A stretch of 64,000 bases of DNA from contig JBGARZ010000016.1 in assembly GCA_044229975.1 (NCBI GenBank), positions 32,001-96,000 of the forward strand, read 5' to 3'. Positions 37,573-49,030 of this stretch are shown piece after piece. A model generated the notes under the pieces. That model had not been told where the DNA came from, did not search any database, and saw only the letters and a program-made list of their open reading frames with translations. The first letter of the stretch is position 1. Each line of letters begins with the position of its first letter. The position numbers and the translations under genes were made by a program. This stretch comes from Polyangiales bacterium (lineage in GTDB: Bacteria; Myxococcota_A; Polyangia; Polyangiales; Ga0077539).

Positions 37573-39566
37573 TCGAAGGGGTTCGGGGGGACGGCGCCGT
37601 TGGGGGGCACGACCGGGCGCGGCGTCGCAGGGCGCGGCGTCGGTGCGGGCGCGGGCGTCGGTGCGGGCGCGGGCGTCGGGTCGGTCGCGGGCGCTGCCGG
37701 GCGGGGCGCAGGCGCCGGTCGCACGGCGGGTCGCGGCGCCGGTCGCACGGCGGGACGGTTGGGGCGCGCGGGCGGATCGACCTCGTTGACCACCGGGGGA
37801 GTGGGCTCCGGCGCGGCGGGCACGACGGGCGTGGGCGCGACGGGCGCGGGCAACGGAACCACCGCCTGCACCGGCGCGGGCTCCGGGGTGCGCGTCGGCT
37901 CACGCGTCGGCTCGGCGGGCGTCGGCGTCGGCTCGGCGACGCTCGGCGGCGGCGGCTGCACCGTCGGGGTCGGAACCGCCACCGGAACCTGCGGCTGCAC
38001 CACCGGCGGCGGCGGCTCACGCGCAGGCGGCGGCGCAGGCGGCGGCGCAGGCGGCGGCGGGGCGGGCGCAACGACAGGGGCCGCGGGTGTCTCGGCGGGC
38101 GTGTCGCCGCCGCGCATCATGAACGCCGCGACCGCGCCGACCACGAGCACCACGCCGATGGTGGCGTAGAGCACGATGGGGGTGCGCTTCTTCGGCGTGG
38201 CGTCGGTGTCGAAATCCACGTTGCCCGACGCGGCGCGCGGCGGGATGGGCGCCACCACCGGCGCGGGCGGAGCATCGGGCAGCGGCGTCGGGCGCGTCTC
38301 GGCGACGGACTCCTCGATGAGCGCGCCGATGGAGTCCCCGGAGCCCTTCGTCGCGGGCACGGCCGTGACGCGGGCGTCCTCGTCCACGAGGGCTGGCATC
38401 ACCGTCGTGGTGGCTGCCGCGGCCATGTCATCGCCGAGCGACATCTCGAACGACGGCGGCTCCTCGACCTTCGGCTCGGCCTTCTTCTCGGCGACGGGCT
38501 CGGCCTTCGCTTCGATCTTCGGCGCCTTCGGCGGGTCATCCGGCAGCTCGCGCATCGCGCGCAGCGCGGCGTCGATCTCCCCGCGCGACGCGCGCTGGGT
38601 GCTGTCGTCGGTCATCGCCTCGGTCATCGGGACGGTGCCCGGCGGGGGCTCGTTGCTCGGCGTCGCGAGGGCCGCGATGTCGCTCGCGGTAAACTCCAGC
38701 GTCGCCTTGATGGGGTTGGACGACCGCGAGGTGTCGCTGCCGACCGAGAGCTTCGGCACCGACGACGACGAGATCTTCGTCGACTGCGCGAGCGCCGCGG
38801 GCGGGGTGGTGGCCTTCGCGGCCTCTTCCATCGCGGGCTCCGGGGCGGCCTTCACCGCGGCCTTCACCGGCTCGATCTTCGTCTCGACGGGCTTCGTCAG
38901 CGCGGCGCGGGCGGCCGCCACGGCCTCGCGGGCTTCGGCGTCGCCCATGCCGACCATGGTGGCCTTCACCGACCCGACGGGCTTCGTGGGTTCGGCCGGC
39001 GCCGGGGTGGGCTCGGGGGACGGCTGCGACGGCGTCTTGGCGATGCGGAGCGCCTCGCCGAGCAGGGCGTTCATCTGGCGCATGACGGTCTGGTCCTGCT
39101 CGGCGGGGAGCGGGGCCGCGGGGCCGTTGCCGAAGAAGTCACCGGAGCGCGCGTCGATGCCCGACGGGGGCGCCACGCTCGGGGCCGCGGGGCGCAGGCT
39201 CTCGAAGTGGGGCCCGGCCTCTTCGCCCCCCTTGTGCACCATGATGCGCTCGATGACCTCGAAGCCCTCCTCCACCTTGAGGAAGCGAACGCCCATCCCA
39301 GGTGGCGCATCGGGCCGCGCCTCGCCCTCCTCGCGGCGCTGAACGACCCGACCCGCGGCCTTGAGCACCGGGGTCTCGTCCTTGAGCTGGATCTCGATCT
39401 TGAGCAGCTCACCCAGGGCCGGGGGCTTCGGCGTCTTGATCCACATCCCGCTGCGCGAGATGTCCTTCGCGTACTGGACGATGAAGTCTTCGAGCGTCGC
39501 GCTCTTGTACTTCACCTTCAGGGCCTTGGCCTTGACCTTGTGCTCCTTGCGCGCTTCGTCGGACAT
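37569..39566 (-). CDS. TIGR02266-type PilZ-like domain membrane protein with Pro-rich tail
   Basis: LKVKYKSATLEDFIVQYAKDISRSGMWIKT...GRVV...PGMGVRF, long low-complexity linker, one TM helix, Pro/Ala-rich C-terminus. Confidence 0.8.
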   Translation of the reverse strand: MSDEARKEHKVKAKALKVKYKSATLEDFIVQYAKDISRSGMWIKTPKPPALGELLKIEIQLKDETPVLKAAGRVVQRREEGEARPDAPPGMGVRFLKVEEGFEVIERIMVHKGGEEAGPHFESLRPAAPSVAPPSGIDARSGDFFGNGPAAPLPAEQDQTVMRQMNALLGEALRIAKTPSQPSPEPTPAPAEPTKPVGSVKATMVGMGDAEAREAVAAARAALTKPVETKIEPVKAAVKAAPEPAMEEAAKATTPPAALAQSTKISSSSVPKLSVGSDTSRSSNPIKATLEFTASDIAALATPSNEPPPGTVPMTEAMTDDSTQRASRGEIDAALRAMRELPDDPPKAPKIEAKAEPVAEKKAEPKVEEPPSFEMSLGDDMAAAATTTVMPALVDEDARVTAVPATKGSGDSIGALIEESVAETRPTPLPDAPPAPVVAPIPPRAASGNVDFDTDATPKKRTPIVLYATIGVVLVVGAVAAFMMRGGDTPAETPAAPVVAPAPPPPAPPPAPPPAREPPPPVVQPQVPVAVPTPTVQPPPPSVAEPTPTPAEPTREPTRTPEPAPVQAVVPLPAPVAPTPVVPAAPEPTPPVVNEVDPPARPNRPAVRPAPRPAVRPAPAPRPAAPATDPTPAPAPTPAPAPTPRPATPRPVVPPNGAVPPNPFE

Positions 39567-39672
39567 CGGGTCTCTCGTCTCCAGGCGTGACGGCCACGCA
39601 GACTGTCGATCGCCAATCTACCGTTGACCGGTCCCTTCCGCGAAGCCTTGGGCAAAGATCGCTCCCACAATG

Positions 39673-40269
39673 TCAGACCGACCGCCGCCCCTCCATGGCG
39701 CGCCCCAGCGTGATCGGGTCGGTGAACTCAAGGTCTCCGCCGTGCGGAACCCCGCTGGCGATGCGCGTCACGGGCACCCCCCGCGCGTGGAAGCACTCGG
39801 CCAGGTAGAGCGCCGTCGCCTCGCCCTCGACCGTCGGCGGCGTCGCGAGGATCACCTCCCGAACGCCCTCCCGCTCGACGCGTTCGAGCAGCGCTTCGAG
39901 CGGGAATTCCGCGGGCCCGACGCCCCCGAGCGGGTCGAGCAGCGCGTGCAGGATGTGGTACCGCCCCTGGAAGACCCGGGCTCGCTCGACGGCGTCGGCG
40001 TCCATGGGTCGGGCCACCACGCAGAGGAGCTCCGCCGAGCGCCTCGGGTCGTCGCAGATGGAGCACCGCACCCGGCTGGTGTAGGCGCCGCATGAGGCGC
40101 AACGCCTCACCCGATCGGCCATGGTGGCGATGCTCTCGCCGAGGGCCCGGGCGTAGTCGGGGTCGGCCCCGAGCACATGGTAGGCGATGCGCCGCGCGGA
40201 CTTCTCCCCGACCCCAGGCAGGCGGGTGAGCAACCGCACCAGCGCGTGGATCGGGTCGCCCTCGCTCAC
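39673..40269 (-). CDS. recR: Recombination mediator RecR
   Basis: LPGVGEKSARR, CASC/CSIC zinc finger, EVILATPPTVEGEATA, TRIASGVPHGGDLEF. Confidence 0.97.
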   Translation of the reverse strand: MSEGDPIHALVRLLTRLPGVGEKSARRIAYHVLGADPDYARALGESIATMADRVRRCASCGAYTSRVRCSICDDPRRSAELLCVVARPMDADAVERARVFQGRYHILHALLDPLGGVGPAEFPLEALLERVEREGVREVILATPPTVEGEATALYLAECFHARGVPVTRIASGVPHGGDLEFTDPITLGRAMEGRRSV

Positions 40270-40583
40270 GTGATGCCGGGGATCTTCGCGCCGCCGGTGA
40301 TCTTCTCGATCTCCTTGTCCATCGCGTCGGAGGCCATCTGGAGCGCGACGTTGGCCGCGGCCACCACGGCGTCGAGGGCCAGCTCGCGGTCGCTCGCGTA
40401 CAGCTCGGGGTCGACCTCGATGCGCACCAGCGCGCGAGAGAGGCTCGCCGTGACCTTCACCTTGTCGTTGGCGCCGGTCGCCTCGACGGTGCGATCCTTG
40501 TTTGCCTCCTTGGCCTCCTCGACCCTGCGCTGGATACGACTCGCCTGCTTCATGAGCTCGTTGATGCCGCCGCGAAACTGCAT
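40266..40583 (-). CDS. ybaB: YbaB/EbfC nucleoid-associated protein
   Basis: NELMKQA, VKVT, DAVVAAAN, ITGG; translationally coupled to recR. Confidence 0.92.
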   Translation of the reverse strand: MQFRGGINELMKQASRIQRRVEEAKEANKDRTVEATGANDKVKVTASLSRALVRIEVDPELYASDRELALDAVVAAANVALQMASDAMDKEIEKITGGAKIPGIT

Positions 40584-40617
40584 GTCCCTCACCTGTCTCC
40601 GACGGCCCGATCGCCGC

Positions 40618-40845
40618 GTGGCGGAGTCTCTACACCACCACGCCGTAGCCCGCACTGCCCTCTCGCTCGCCCTCTCGCTCGCCCCCGCGGTGTCCTTCGC
40701 CTGCCCGCAGTGCGCGGGCTCAGGCGCCGAGCCGACGGCGTTTCCGATGGCGCTGGCGCTGCTGGCGCTGGCCCCGTTGCTGGCGATGGTGGCGGCGGGG
40801 TGGTGGGTGGTCCGGGAGTCACACCCCGGCGAAGAGCTGGAGTAG
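40618..40845 (+). CDS. Small membrane protein with CxxC after a signal peptide
   Basis: Signal-like ALSLALSLAPAVSFA, then CPQC, then one TM helix; stop 12 nt before the kinase start. Start uncertain. Confidence 0.55.
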   Translation: MAESLHHHAVARTALSLALSLAPAVSFACPQCAGSGAEPTAFPMALALLALAPLLAMVAAGWWVVRESHPGEELE

Positions 40846-40857
40846 TCTGCGCGCGCC

Positions 40858-43518
40858 GTGAACCCGTCGGACGTCGAGACCTCTTCCGCCTCCGCCCGTC
40901 CGGGCCGCACGCCCGCGGCGGGTGACGTCCTGGCCGAGCGCTACCAGCTCGTGCAGCGCATCGCGAGCGGAGGGTCGGCGGAGGTGTTCGAGGCCGAGCA
41001 CGCGGTCACCAGGAGACGTGTCGCGGTGAAGGTGCTGCGCGCGGACGCGAAGGGCGAGCTGGCGAGCGTGGAGAGGTTCTTCCGCGAGGCGAGCGCGTGC
41101 GCGGGCATCGACAGCGACCACATCGTCGCGGTGCTCGACTGCGACGTCGACCGCACCTCCGGCGCGCCCTTCATCGTGATGGAACTCCTTCACGGCAAAG
41201 ACCTCGCGCGCTTCATCGCCGACACGCTCGCGCAGGGCACGCCCGTCCCCCCGTCCCTCGCGATGAACCTCTTGAAGCAGGTCGCCTCGGCCCTCGACAA
41301 GGTGCACGCGCAGGGGATCGTTCATCGCGACCTGAAGCCCGCCAACCTCTTCCTGACCTTCCCGAGCGACGGCCCCGCGCGGGTGAAGGTGCTCGACTTC
41401 GGCATCGCCCGCATCGCCGCCGACGGCGTCGGCTCGGGCGCCAGCCGCGTCGGCACCCCGCTGTACATGTCCGCCGAGCAGCTCGCCGGCAGCGACACCA
41501 TCACCCTCGCCGCGGACATCTGGTCCTTCGCCCTCATCGCGTACGAGCTCCTCGTCGGCCACCCCTACTGGACGGGCAACACCGCCGCCTCGCTCTTCGC
41601 CCGCATCCCCGACGCCGAGGCCCACCCGAAGCCCACCGAGCTCGCGGTGCGCCACGGCGTGCACCTCCCGCGCGCCTTCGATCCGTGGCTCCTGCGCTGC
41701 ATCGACCCCGACCCGACGCGCCGCCCGCCCTCCGTCGGCGAGGCCCTCGGTGACCTCCTGCGCCTCTACGACCCGAAGGCCACCCAGCCCCCGAGCCGCG
41801 CCTCGGTGTCACCCGTGGCGCCCATCCCCTCGCGCCTCGCGCCTCGCGCCTCGTCGTCGCGCCCGCCGCCGCCGCGCGCCTCCATCCCCGCCGTCGCGCC
41901 GTCGCGGCCGTCGGTGCCCATCGTGGTCGCGCCGCCGTCTGCGCCGCCCGCGCCACCCGCGCCACCCGCGCCGATGACCGAGGAGCTCGACGACGACGAG
42001 ATCGAAGACCTCACCGAGACCTCCGACGTCCCGATCGGTCTGCGCGAAGCCCTCGCGCCCATCACCCCCTCCACCCCCGCGCCGTCCGCCTCCGAGGCCC
42101 GCACCCTCCGCGTCGAGCCCATCTCCGAGCGCGTCGACGAAGACCGTCGGCTCACCATCCCGCTCGCCCCCGCGGTGGCCTCGCTCTTCGGTCCGCCCCT
42201 TCGCCACGACGTCGAGCCCGACGAGCCCGTCACCGCCGAGCTCCCCGCCGCGCACCTCCCGTCCACCGCCGCGCCGCGCGACCTCGCCGACTCCCCCGAG
42301 CTGCCCGACCCCGCGCCCGAGCCCGTGGACACCCTCGGCGCCAACGTCGCCGCCGCGCTCGAAGACCCGCACGCCTCGCGCCCCGCCCGTCGTGTTCCGC
42401 GCTCGCTGGAGCTCGCCGCGACGGCGCTGCTCCCGGTGCAGGCGCCCGCGCCTCCTCCGCCGCCCGCCGTGAAGCCCGTGATGTTGATCGCCGCGGCGGT
42501 GGTCACCCTCGGGCTCGCCAGCGTCGCCGGGTGGGTGCTCTTCGGCCGCCGCGTCGCGACGCCCGCGAGCGTGCGCGGTGACGGCGTGTGGCACGGTCCG
42601 AGCGCCTTCGAGAGCGCCTCGCTCGCGTCGACCACGTCGGTCTGGGCCGGGGCGCTGCGCGTGCGCGTCGACGCGACGCCGCCCGCCTCGGGGCTCGACA
42701 CTGCTCGCACCTTCCACGCGCTGCTCTCGGCGCACCGCGCGGGCGTCGCGCTCCCGTCCGATCGCCTCGTCGCCATGGTCGTCGCGCTCGACCGCTTCCG
42801 CACGCCGCGCGGCTGGCCCGCGCCCGACCGACCGGGGCCCGACGCCGAGGCCACCGCGCAGGCGGCCCTCGCGTACGCCGCGATGGCCGAGGTCACGCGG
42901 GCCGACACCGGGCGCGTCCGGGTCAACGTCGCCCGCACGGCGCTGCTCGAACTCCAGCGCCCCGATGGGTCGTTTGAGCTCGCGGGCGACCCCACCGCGG
43001 CGCCGCTCGCGACCACCTCGCTCGCCGTGAGCGCGCTGCTCGCCGCCGAGTCGGCCGCGGGCGACGCCACGCCCGACGCCATCACGGCCCGCCGCCGCGC
43101 CGTGCATGTGCTCCGCGACGCCCTCCAGCGATCGGACCACCCGGTGTGGTCCGCGCCGCCGGCCCTCGACCGCGCCATCGCGGCGCTGTGGTCGGCGCGC
43201 GCGCAGGCCCACGACGTCGACCCGGCGGACGAGGGCATCGCCGCCCGCTACGCCGATCACCTGGGCGAGCGCTGCGCCGACCAACGGTGCGCGGTGATCG
43301 CCCCCCTCGCGGAGGCGCCGTGGGTGCCCGGGGCGCTGGTGACCTCCGCGCGGCTGCTGCGGGACAGCGCGTCGCTGCCGCCGTCGTCGCTGCGCTCGCT
43401 CTCGACCTTCGTGCGAGCGGGCATCGCGGCGATGGACCGCGACCGCGCCTACGACGGCGGCGGCGACACACGCTGGCTCGCGTCGGCGCTGTCCGCGGCG
43501 GGCGAGCTACAGCGGTAG
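40858..43518 (+). CDS. Transmembrane Hanks-type Ser/Thr kinase with extracytoplasmic alpha-helical domain
   Basis: IASGGSAEV, VAVK, HRDLKPAN, DFG, GTPLYMSAEQ, Pro-rich linker, TM helix, then a domain containing LLELQRPDGSF. Confidence 0.88.
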   Translation: MNPSDVETSSASARPGRTPAAGDVLAERYQLVQRIASGGSAEVFEAEHAVTRRRVAVKVLRADAKGELASVERFFREASACAGIDSDHIVAVLDCDVDRTSGAPFIVMELLHGKDLARFIADTLAQGTPVPPSLAMNLLKQVASALDKVHAQGIVHRDLKPANLFLTFPSDGPARVKVLDFGIARIAADGVGSGASRVGTPLYMSAEQLAGSDTITLAADIWSFALIAYELLVGHPYWTGNTAASLFARIPDAEAHPKPTELAVRHGVHLPRAFDPWLLRCIDPDPTRRPPSVGEALGDLLRLYDPKATQPPSRASVSPVAPIPSRLAPRASSSRPPPPRASIPAVAPSRPSVPIVVAPPSAPPAPPAPPAPMTEELDDDEIEDLTETSDVPIGLREALAPITPSTPAPSASEARTLRVEPISERVDEDRRLTIPLAPAVASLFGPPLRHDVEPDEPVTAELPAAHLPSTAAPRDLADSPELPDPAPEPVDTLGANVAAALEDPHASRPARRVPRSLELAATALLPVQAPAPPPPPAVKPVMLIAAAVVTLGLASVAGWVLFGRRVATPASVRGDGVWHGPSAFESASLASTTSVWAGALRVRVDATPPASGLDTARTFHALLSAHRAGVALPSDRLVAMVVALDRFRTPRGWPAPDRPGPDAEATAQAALAYAAMAEVTRADTGRVRVNVARTALLELQRPDGSFELAGDPTAAPLATTSLAVSALLAAESAAGDATPDAITARRRAVHVLRDALQRSDHPVWSAPPALDRAIAALWSARAQAHDVDPADEGIAARYADHLGERCADQRCAVIAPLAEAPWVPGALVTSARLLRDSASLPPSSLRSLSTFVRAGIAAMDRDRAYDGGGDTRWLASALSAAGELQR

Positions 43519-43559
43519 CTGTTCGGGGGGGGACGGGAGAAGGAGGGGAGAGGGGTCGG

Positions 43560-43602
43560 AGACCCTCTGGCGCGCCCACGTTGGAGCGCGCCGAGAGGGT
43601 CT
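43560..43602. terminator. Hairpin between convergent genes
   Basis: AGACCCTCT-GGCGCGC...GCGCGCC-G-AGAGGGTCT stem. Confidence 0.5.
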
Positions 43603-43614
43603 ACCGTGGTGGCG

Positions 43615-46600
43615 TCACGGGCGGGTGATGTTGACCATGTACGAGCCCGACGCGGTGCCGATGGTGCAGCCGTCGACGTAGAGCGCGTGCAGGCCGGCGC
43701 CCGCGGGGATGGTCGAGTTGACCGTCGAGCGCGCCCCGCAGAAGAGGCCGTTGACGTCGTCGTTGCAGACGCTGACCGACGCGCGACCGGCGCTGCGCTG
43801 CTCCAGCTCGGTGTCCCAGGTGGCGCGCAGGCAGGTGGACGCCGAGAAGGCGCCGCCCGCGAAGGAGCCGCAGGTGTACCAGTAGTAGGTGTTCTCCGGG
43901 CCGCCCGAGCAGCACGAGGTGGTGCTGATGCGGCCGGTGCCCGTGGTCGAGCCGCTCAGCAGCTGGCCGGAGCCCGCGTTGAGCGCGGTGAGCGTGCCGT
44001 TGCCGATGGGCAGGTGCTGGAACCGGATGCTCGATGCACCCGACGCGCAGCCCGAGAGGACGAGGAAGTACGTCCCGGCTTCGAGGCGCACCATCACCTG
44101 GCTCGCGCCGAAGGACGGCAGGTTGCAGCCGGAGAGGCCGCTGTCGTCGTTGCAGGCCAGGCCGTTGGACAGGCTCGACGCCGTCACGGTGGCGCCCGCG
44201 CTGTTGAGGAAGAACAACCCGGTGTCCCACGCGGTGCCGATGGTGTCGGCGTAGACGACCTCCGGGGCCGTCAGCGTGAAGCGGTAGAACACGTCGTTGC
44301 CCGTGGTGCACGAGCACCCCGAGGAGGAGCCCTCGTTGCGCGCGTTGGTGGTGTCGGCGTTGAGGATCGACGACGACCGGGTCATGTCGATGGTGACCGC
44401 GTTGGCGCGCAGGTCGTTGGCCGGCGGCGTGCGGCAGGTGCCCTGGCGGCAGAACGTCCCGGTGCCGCACTGGCGGTTGCAGCCGCCGCAGTTGTTGTTG
44501 TCGTTCTGCGTGTCGACGCAGGTGCCGCAGTAGGTCTGGCCGACGGTGCAGGTGCCGACGCCCACGCGGATCTGGTAGGGGCCCGCGTTGCAGCCGTCGG
44601 CGATGACCGTGTGCAGGCCCGCGCCCGCCGGGATGGTCGAGGAGACCGTCGCGCGGTTGCCGCACTCCAGGCCCGTGTCGTCGTTGCAGACCGCGGTGCC
44701 GGCCGTGCGACCGGGGCTGCGCTGCTCGACCATGTTGTCCACCGTCGTGGTGGTCGTGGTGCCGCACGACGACGCGTAGAACGTCCCGGCCGTGGAGCTC
44801 GGGCAGCTCACCCACCAGTAGGAGTTCTCGGGGCCGCCGGAGCAGAGGCAGCTACCGCTGGCGCTGGCGCTGGTGCCCGATGTGGTGCCCGTGAGCAGGG
44901 TCGTGGTGCTGGTCGGGGCGATCAGCACCGACGGGCCGTTGCCCGCCGCCGAGTGCTGGAAGTGGATGGTCGCCATGCCCGACGAGCAGCCCGAGAGCAC
45001 GAGCAGGTAGGTGCCCGGCGCGAGGCGCGCGAGAACCTGGCTGGCGCGCCCGGTCGAGATGCCGCCGCAGAAGGCGAAGTCGTCGTCGCAGACGCGGCCG
45101 CCGGTGGTGCCCGCGCTGGTGAGGTTGACGCCCATCGCGTCCTGGAAAAACAGCGACGTGTCCCAGGTGGTGCCGATGGTGTCGGCGTAGACGAGCTCCG
45201 GCGCGGTGAGCGTGAAGCGGTAGTAGACGTCCTGCCCCGAGGTGCACGAGCACGCCCCGGCGGTGTTGGTGTCGTTGGCCGCGTTGGTCGTGTCGACGGT
45301 GAGCGTCTGGCTCGGCATCGTCATGTTGATGACCGTGGCGCCCGCGCGCTGGTCGTTGGCCGGAGCCGTGCCGCTGCGGCAGCCGCCGCCCGCGCAGATC
45401 TGGCCCGTCGGGCAGGCGTTGCCGCAGCGCCCGCAGTTGGCGCGGTCGCTCTGGAAGTTGGCGCAGCGCGCGGCCATGCCCGTACCGCACAGCATCTGGC
45501 CGGTCGGGCAGGCGCAGGCGCCCGCGGTGCAGGTCTGGCCGCTGGCGCAGGCGCGCCCGCACATGCCGCAGTTGGCGCTGCTGGTCTGCGTGCTGACGCA
45601 GGTGCCCATGCAGTCCGTCTGGCCCGACGGGCAGGCGCAGGCGCCCGCGGTGCAGGTCTGGCCGACGCGGCACGCGGTGCCGCAGGCGCCGCAGTTGGCG
45701 GCGCTGGTCTGCGTGTTGACGCAGGCGTCACCGCAGAGGGTCTGGCCCGACGGGCACGCGACGGCGCACATGCCGCCCATGCACATCTGCCCGCTCGGGC
45801 AGGCGCGACCGCAGGCGCCGCAGTTGGCGGCGCTGGTCATGGTGTTGACGCAGGTGGAGCCGCAGAGGGTCTGCCCCGCGGCGCAGGTGCAGACGCCCGC
45901 GGTGCAGCTCTGCCCGCTCGGGCAGGCGCGGTCACACGCGCCGCAGTTGGCGCCGCTGGTCTGGAGGTCGACGCACGCGGTGCCGCAGCGGGTCTGGCCG
46001 GTGGCGCAGGCCATGGTGTCCATCGCGCAGGCGCCGGCGCGGCACACGAGGCCCGCGGCGCACGCCATGCCGCACGATCCGCAGTTGGTGTTGTCGGTCT
46101 GGAGGTTGAGGCAGGTGCCCATGCAGCGGGTCTCGCCCGCCGGGCAGGCGGCCGTGCCGTCCATGCACATGCCGGCGGTGCAGGTCTGGCCGCTGGCGCA
46201 GGCGCGCCCGCACATGCCGCAGTTGGTGGCGTCGGCGTTGGTGTCGATGCACGCGCCCGAGCAGTCGGTCTGCCCGGTGGGGCAGGTGCGCGCGCCGCAA
46301 GCGCCCGCGGTGCAGGCCATGCCCGTGGGGCAGGCGGTGCCGCAGGTGCCGCAGTTGCTGTTGTCGGTCTGCGTGTTGACGCAGGTGCCGGCGCAGGCCG
46401 TCTGGCCCGTCGGGCAGGTGGTGACCGCGCGGCAGGTGCCGCCCATGCAATCCTGGCCGGAAGAGCAGGCGGTACCACACGCCCCGCAGTTGCTGGTGTC
46501 GGTCTGCGTGTCGACGCAGGTGCCCGAGCAGTCGGTCTGACCGCCGGTGCAGGTGATGGGGGCGTTGCAGCTACCGGCGACGCAGGTCTGGCCCGAGGCG

Positions 46601-46869
46601 CAGGCGTTGCCGCACGAGCCGCAGTGGGTGGCGCTGGTGGCGGTGTTGACACACGCCCCGCCGCACTGGGTCTCGCCCGAGGCGCAGGTGCCCGCGTCGG
46701 TCGGGGTGACCACGCCGGTGTCCTGGGTGGGGTTGCCGGTGTCGGGCGTCTCGCCCAGGTCGGTCTCGACCCCCGTGTCTTCCGGGATCATGTCCGCGGG
46801 GGGGTCGCTGTTACAGCCGACGCCAAGGGCCAGCGCGCACGCGAGCCACCAGTATTTTTTGCGATCCAT
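43615..46869 (-). CDS. Cys-rich repeat (Stig1/MXAN_6577-like) lipoprotein with duplicated C-terminal domain
   Basis: Lipobox GVGC, 10 tandem 8-Cys repeats (NCGxCGxAC), then a domain starting PAND, one more repeat, and a second copy of that domain. Confidence 0.85.
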   Translation of the reverse strand: MDRKKYWWLACALALGVGCNSDPPADMIPEDTGVETDLGETPDTGNPTQDTGVVTPTDAGTCASGETQCGGACVNTATSATHCGSCGNACASGQTCVAGSCNAPITCTGGQTDCSGTCVDTQTDTSNCGACGTACSSGQDCMGGTCRAVTTCPTGQTACAGTCVNTQTDNSNCGTCGTACPTGMACTAGACGARTCPTGQTDCSGACIDTNADATNCGMCGRACASGQTCTAGMCMDGTAACPAGETRCMGTCLNLQTDNTNCGSCGMACAAGLVCRAGACAMDTMACATGQTRCGTACVDLQTSGANCGACDRACPSGQSCTAGVCTCAAGQTLCGSTCVNTMTSAANCGACGRACPSGQMCMGGMCAVACPSGQTLCGDACVNTQTSAANCGACGTACRVGQTCTAGACACPSGQTDCMGTCVSTQTSSANCGMCGRACASGQTCTAGACACPTGQMLCGTGMAARCANFQSDRANCGRCGNACPTGQICAGGGCRSGTAPANDQRAGATVINMTMPSQTLTVDTTNAANDTNTAGACSCTSGQDVYYRFTLTAPELVYADTIGTTWDTSLFFQDAMGVNLTSAGTTGGRVCDDDFAFCGGISTGRASQVLARLAPGTYLLVLSGCSSGMATIHFQHSAAGNGPSVLIAPTSTTTLLTGTTSGTSASASGSCLCSGGPENSYWWVSCPSSTAGTFYASSCGTTTTTTVDNMVEQRSPGRTAGTAVCNDDTGLECGNRATVSSTIPAGAGLHTVIADGCNAGPYQIRVGVGTCTVGQTYCGTCVDTQNDNNNCGGCNRQCGTGTFCRQGTCRTPPANDLRANAVTIDMTRSSSILNADTTNARNEGSSSGCSCTTGNDVFYRFTLTAPEVVYADTIGTAWDTGLFFLNSAGATVTASSLSNGLACNDDSGLSGCNLPSFGASQVMVRLEAGTYFLVLSGCASGASSIRFQHLPIGNGTLTALNAGSGQLLSGSTTGTGRISTTSCCSGGPENTYYWYTCGSFAGGAFSASTCLRATWDTELEQRSAGRASVSVCNDDVNGLFCGARSTVNSTIPAGAGLHALYVDGCTIGTASGSYMVNITRP

Positions 46870-47057
46870 ACCTATTTGATCTCCTGGGAATTGGGCTCTG
46901 CGCGAGTCGCAACACGAGCCTCGACGGGCTCCGCCCGGGCGGACACATCCCACGATTTGTCAGCGGGCGGAAGAACCCCGGCGGTGGCGGATCAGAGCGG
47001 CAGGAAATTGCGGAGAACGCGGGGAGTCGGAGGCAGGAGGAGGGGCGCGGCCGTCGG

Positions 47058-47330
47058 TCAGCCGAGGGCCTTGGTGAGCTCGCCGTTGATGCGATCTTCG
47101 ATGGTGCCCTTGAGCGCCCGCTGGATGAACGACAGCTCGATCTGCACGCGCACCGTGGTGTCGGTGATGGCGAAGGTGCCGGTGGCGGGCTTGGTGATCT
47201 TGTAGACGTCGCCGTCCCAGGAGCCCTGGAGACCGAGGCTGCCGCCGATGCGCGCGAGCACCTCGTCGACCTTGGTCTTGACCCCTGCCTTGCCGAGCTT
47301 GTGATTGCGGGTGATGTCGATCGTTGCCAT
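47058..47330 (-). CDS. Polyhydroxyalkanoic acid system family protein (PHA_gran_rgn-like)
   Basis: MATIDITRNHKLG...SWDGD...LKGTIEDRI; GGAGG RBS. Confidence 0.75.
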   Translation of the reverse strand: MATIDITRNHKLGKAGVKTKVDEVLARIGGSLGLQGSWDGDVYKITKPATGTFAITDTTVRVQIELSFIQRALKGTIEDRINGELTKALG

Positions 47331-47515
47331 GTGTTCCTCCGTTGAGGGGGTGAAGAGGTGGGACGTTGGGGAGGTGTGAGGTCCCGCGGCCGGACGGTCG
47401 CATCGCCGTGTCTGGGGCGTCAACCATCGCGCGTCATCCCTTTGGCCGTCGCCGTGGGGCGTGATAGAGCCGCACGCATCGCTCCCGCGGAAGCAACCGC
47501 CGGAGCGAGCGGGAA

Positions 47516-48943
<1,428 letters not shown>

Positions 48944-49030
48944 GCCTCGTCCCGCGTCGCCCTTCCGTCCGGTCGCGCGCTCGTGGGAACATGCACCCTG
49001 CTCATGCTTGACCCCCGCGAACCCTCACGA

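Noticed and set aside
43606..47205. 1199-aa + strand ORF and similar long antisense ORFs (e.g. 5182-7335, 33341-35758, 58160-60817)
   Set aside because: Shadow frames of real genes in high-GC DNA; Arg/Ala/Gly-rich with no recognisable motifs.
47058..47330. PHA biosynthesis locus
   Set aside because: Only the small accessory-family gene is present; no synthase, depolymerase or phasin in the window.
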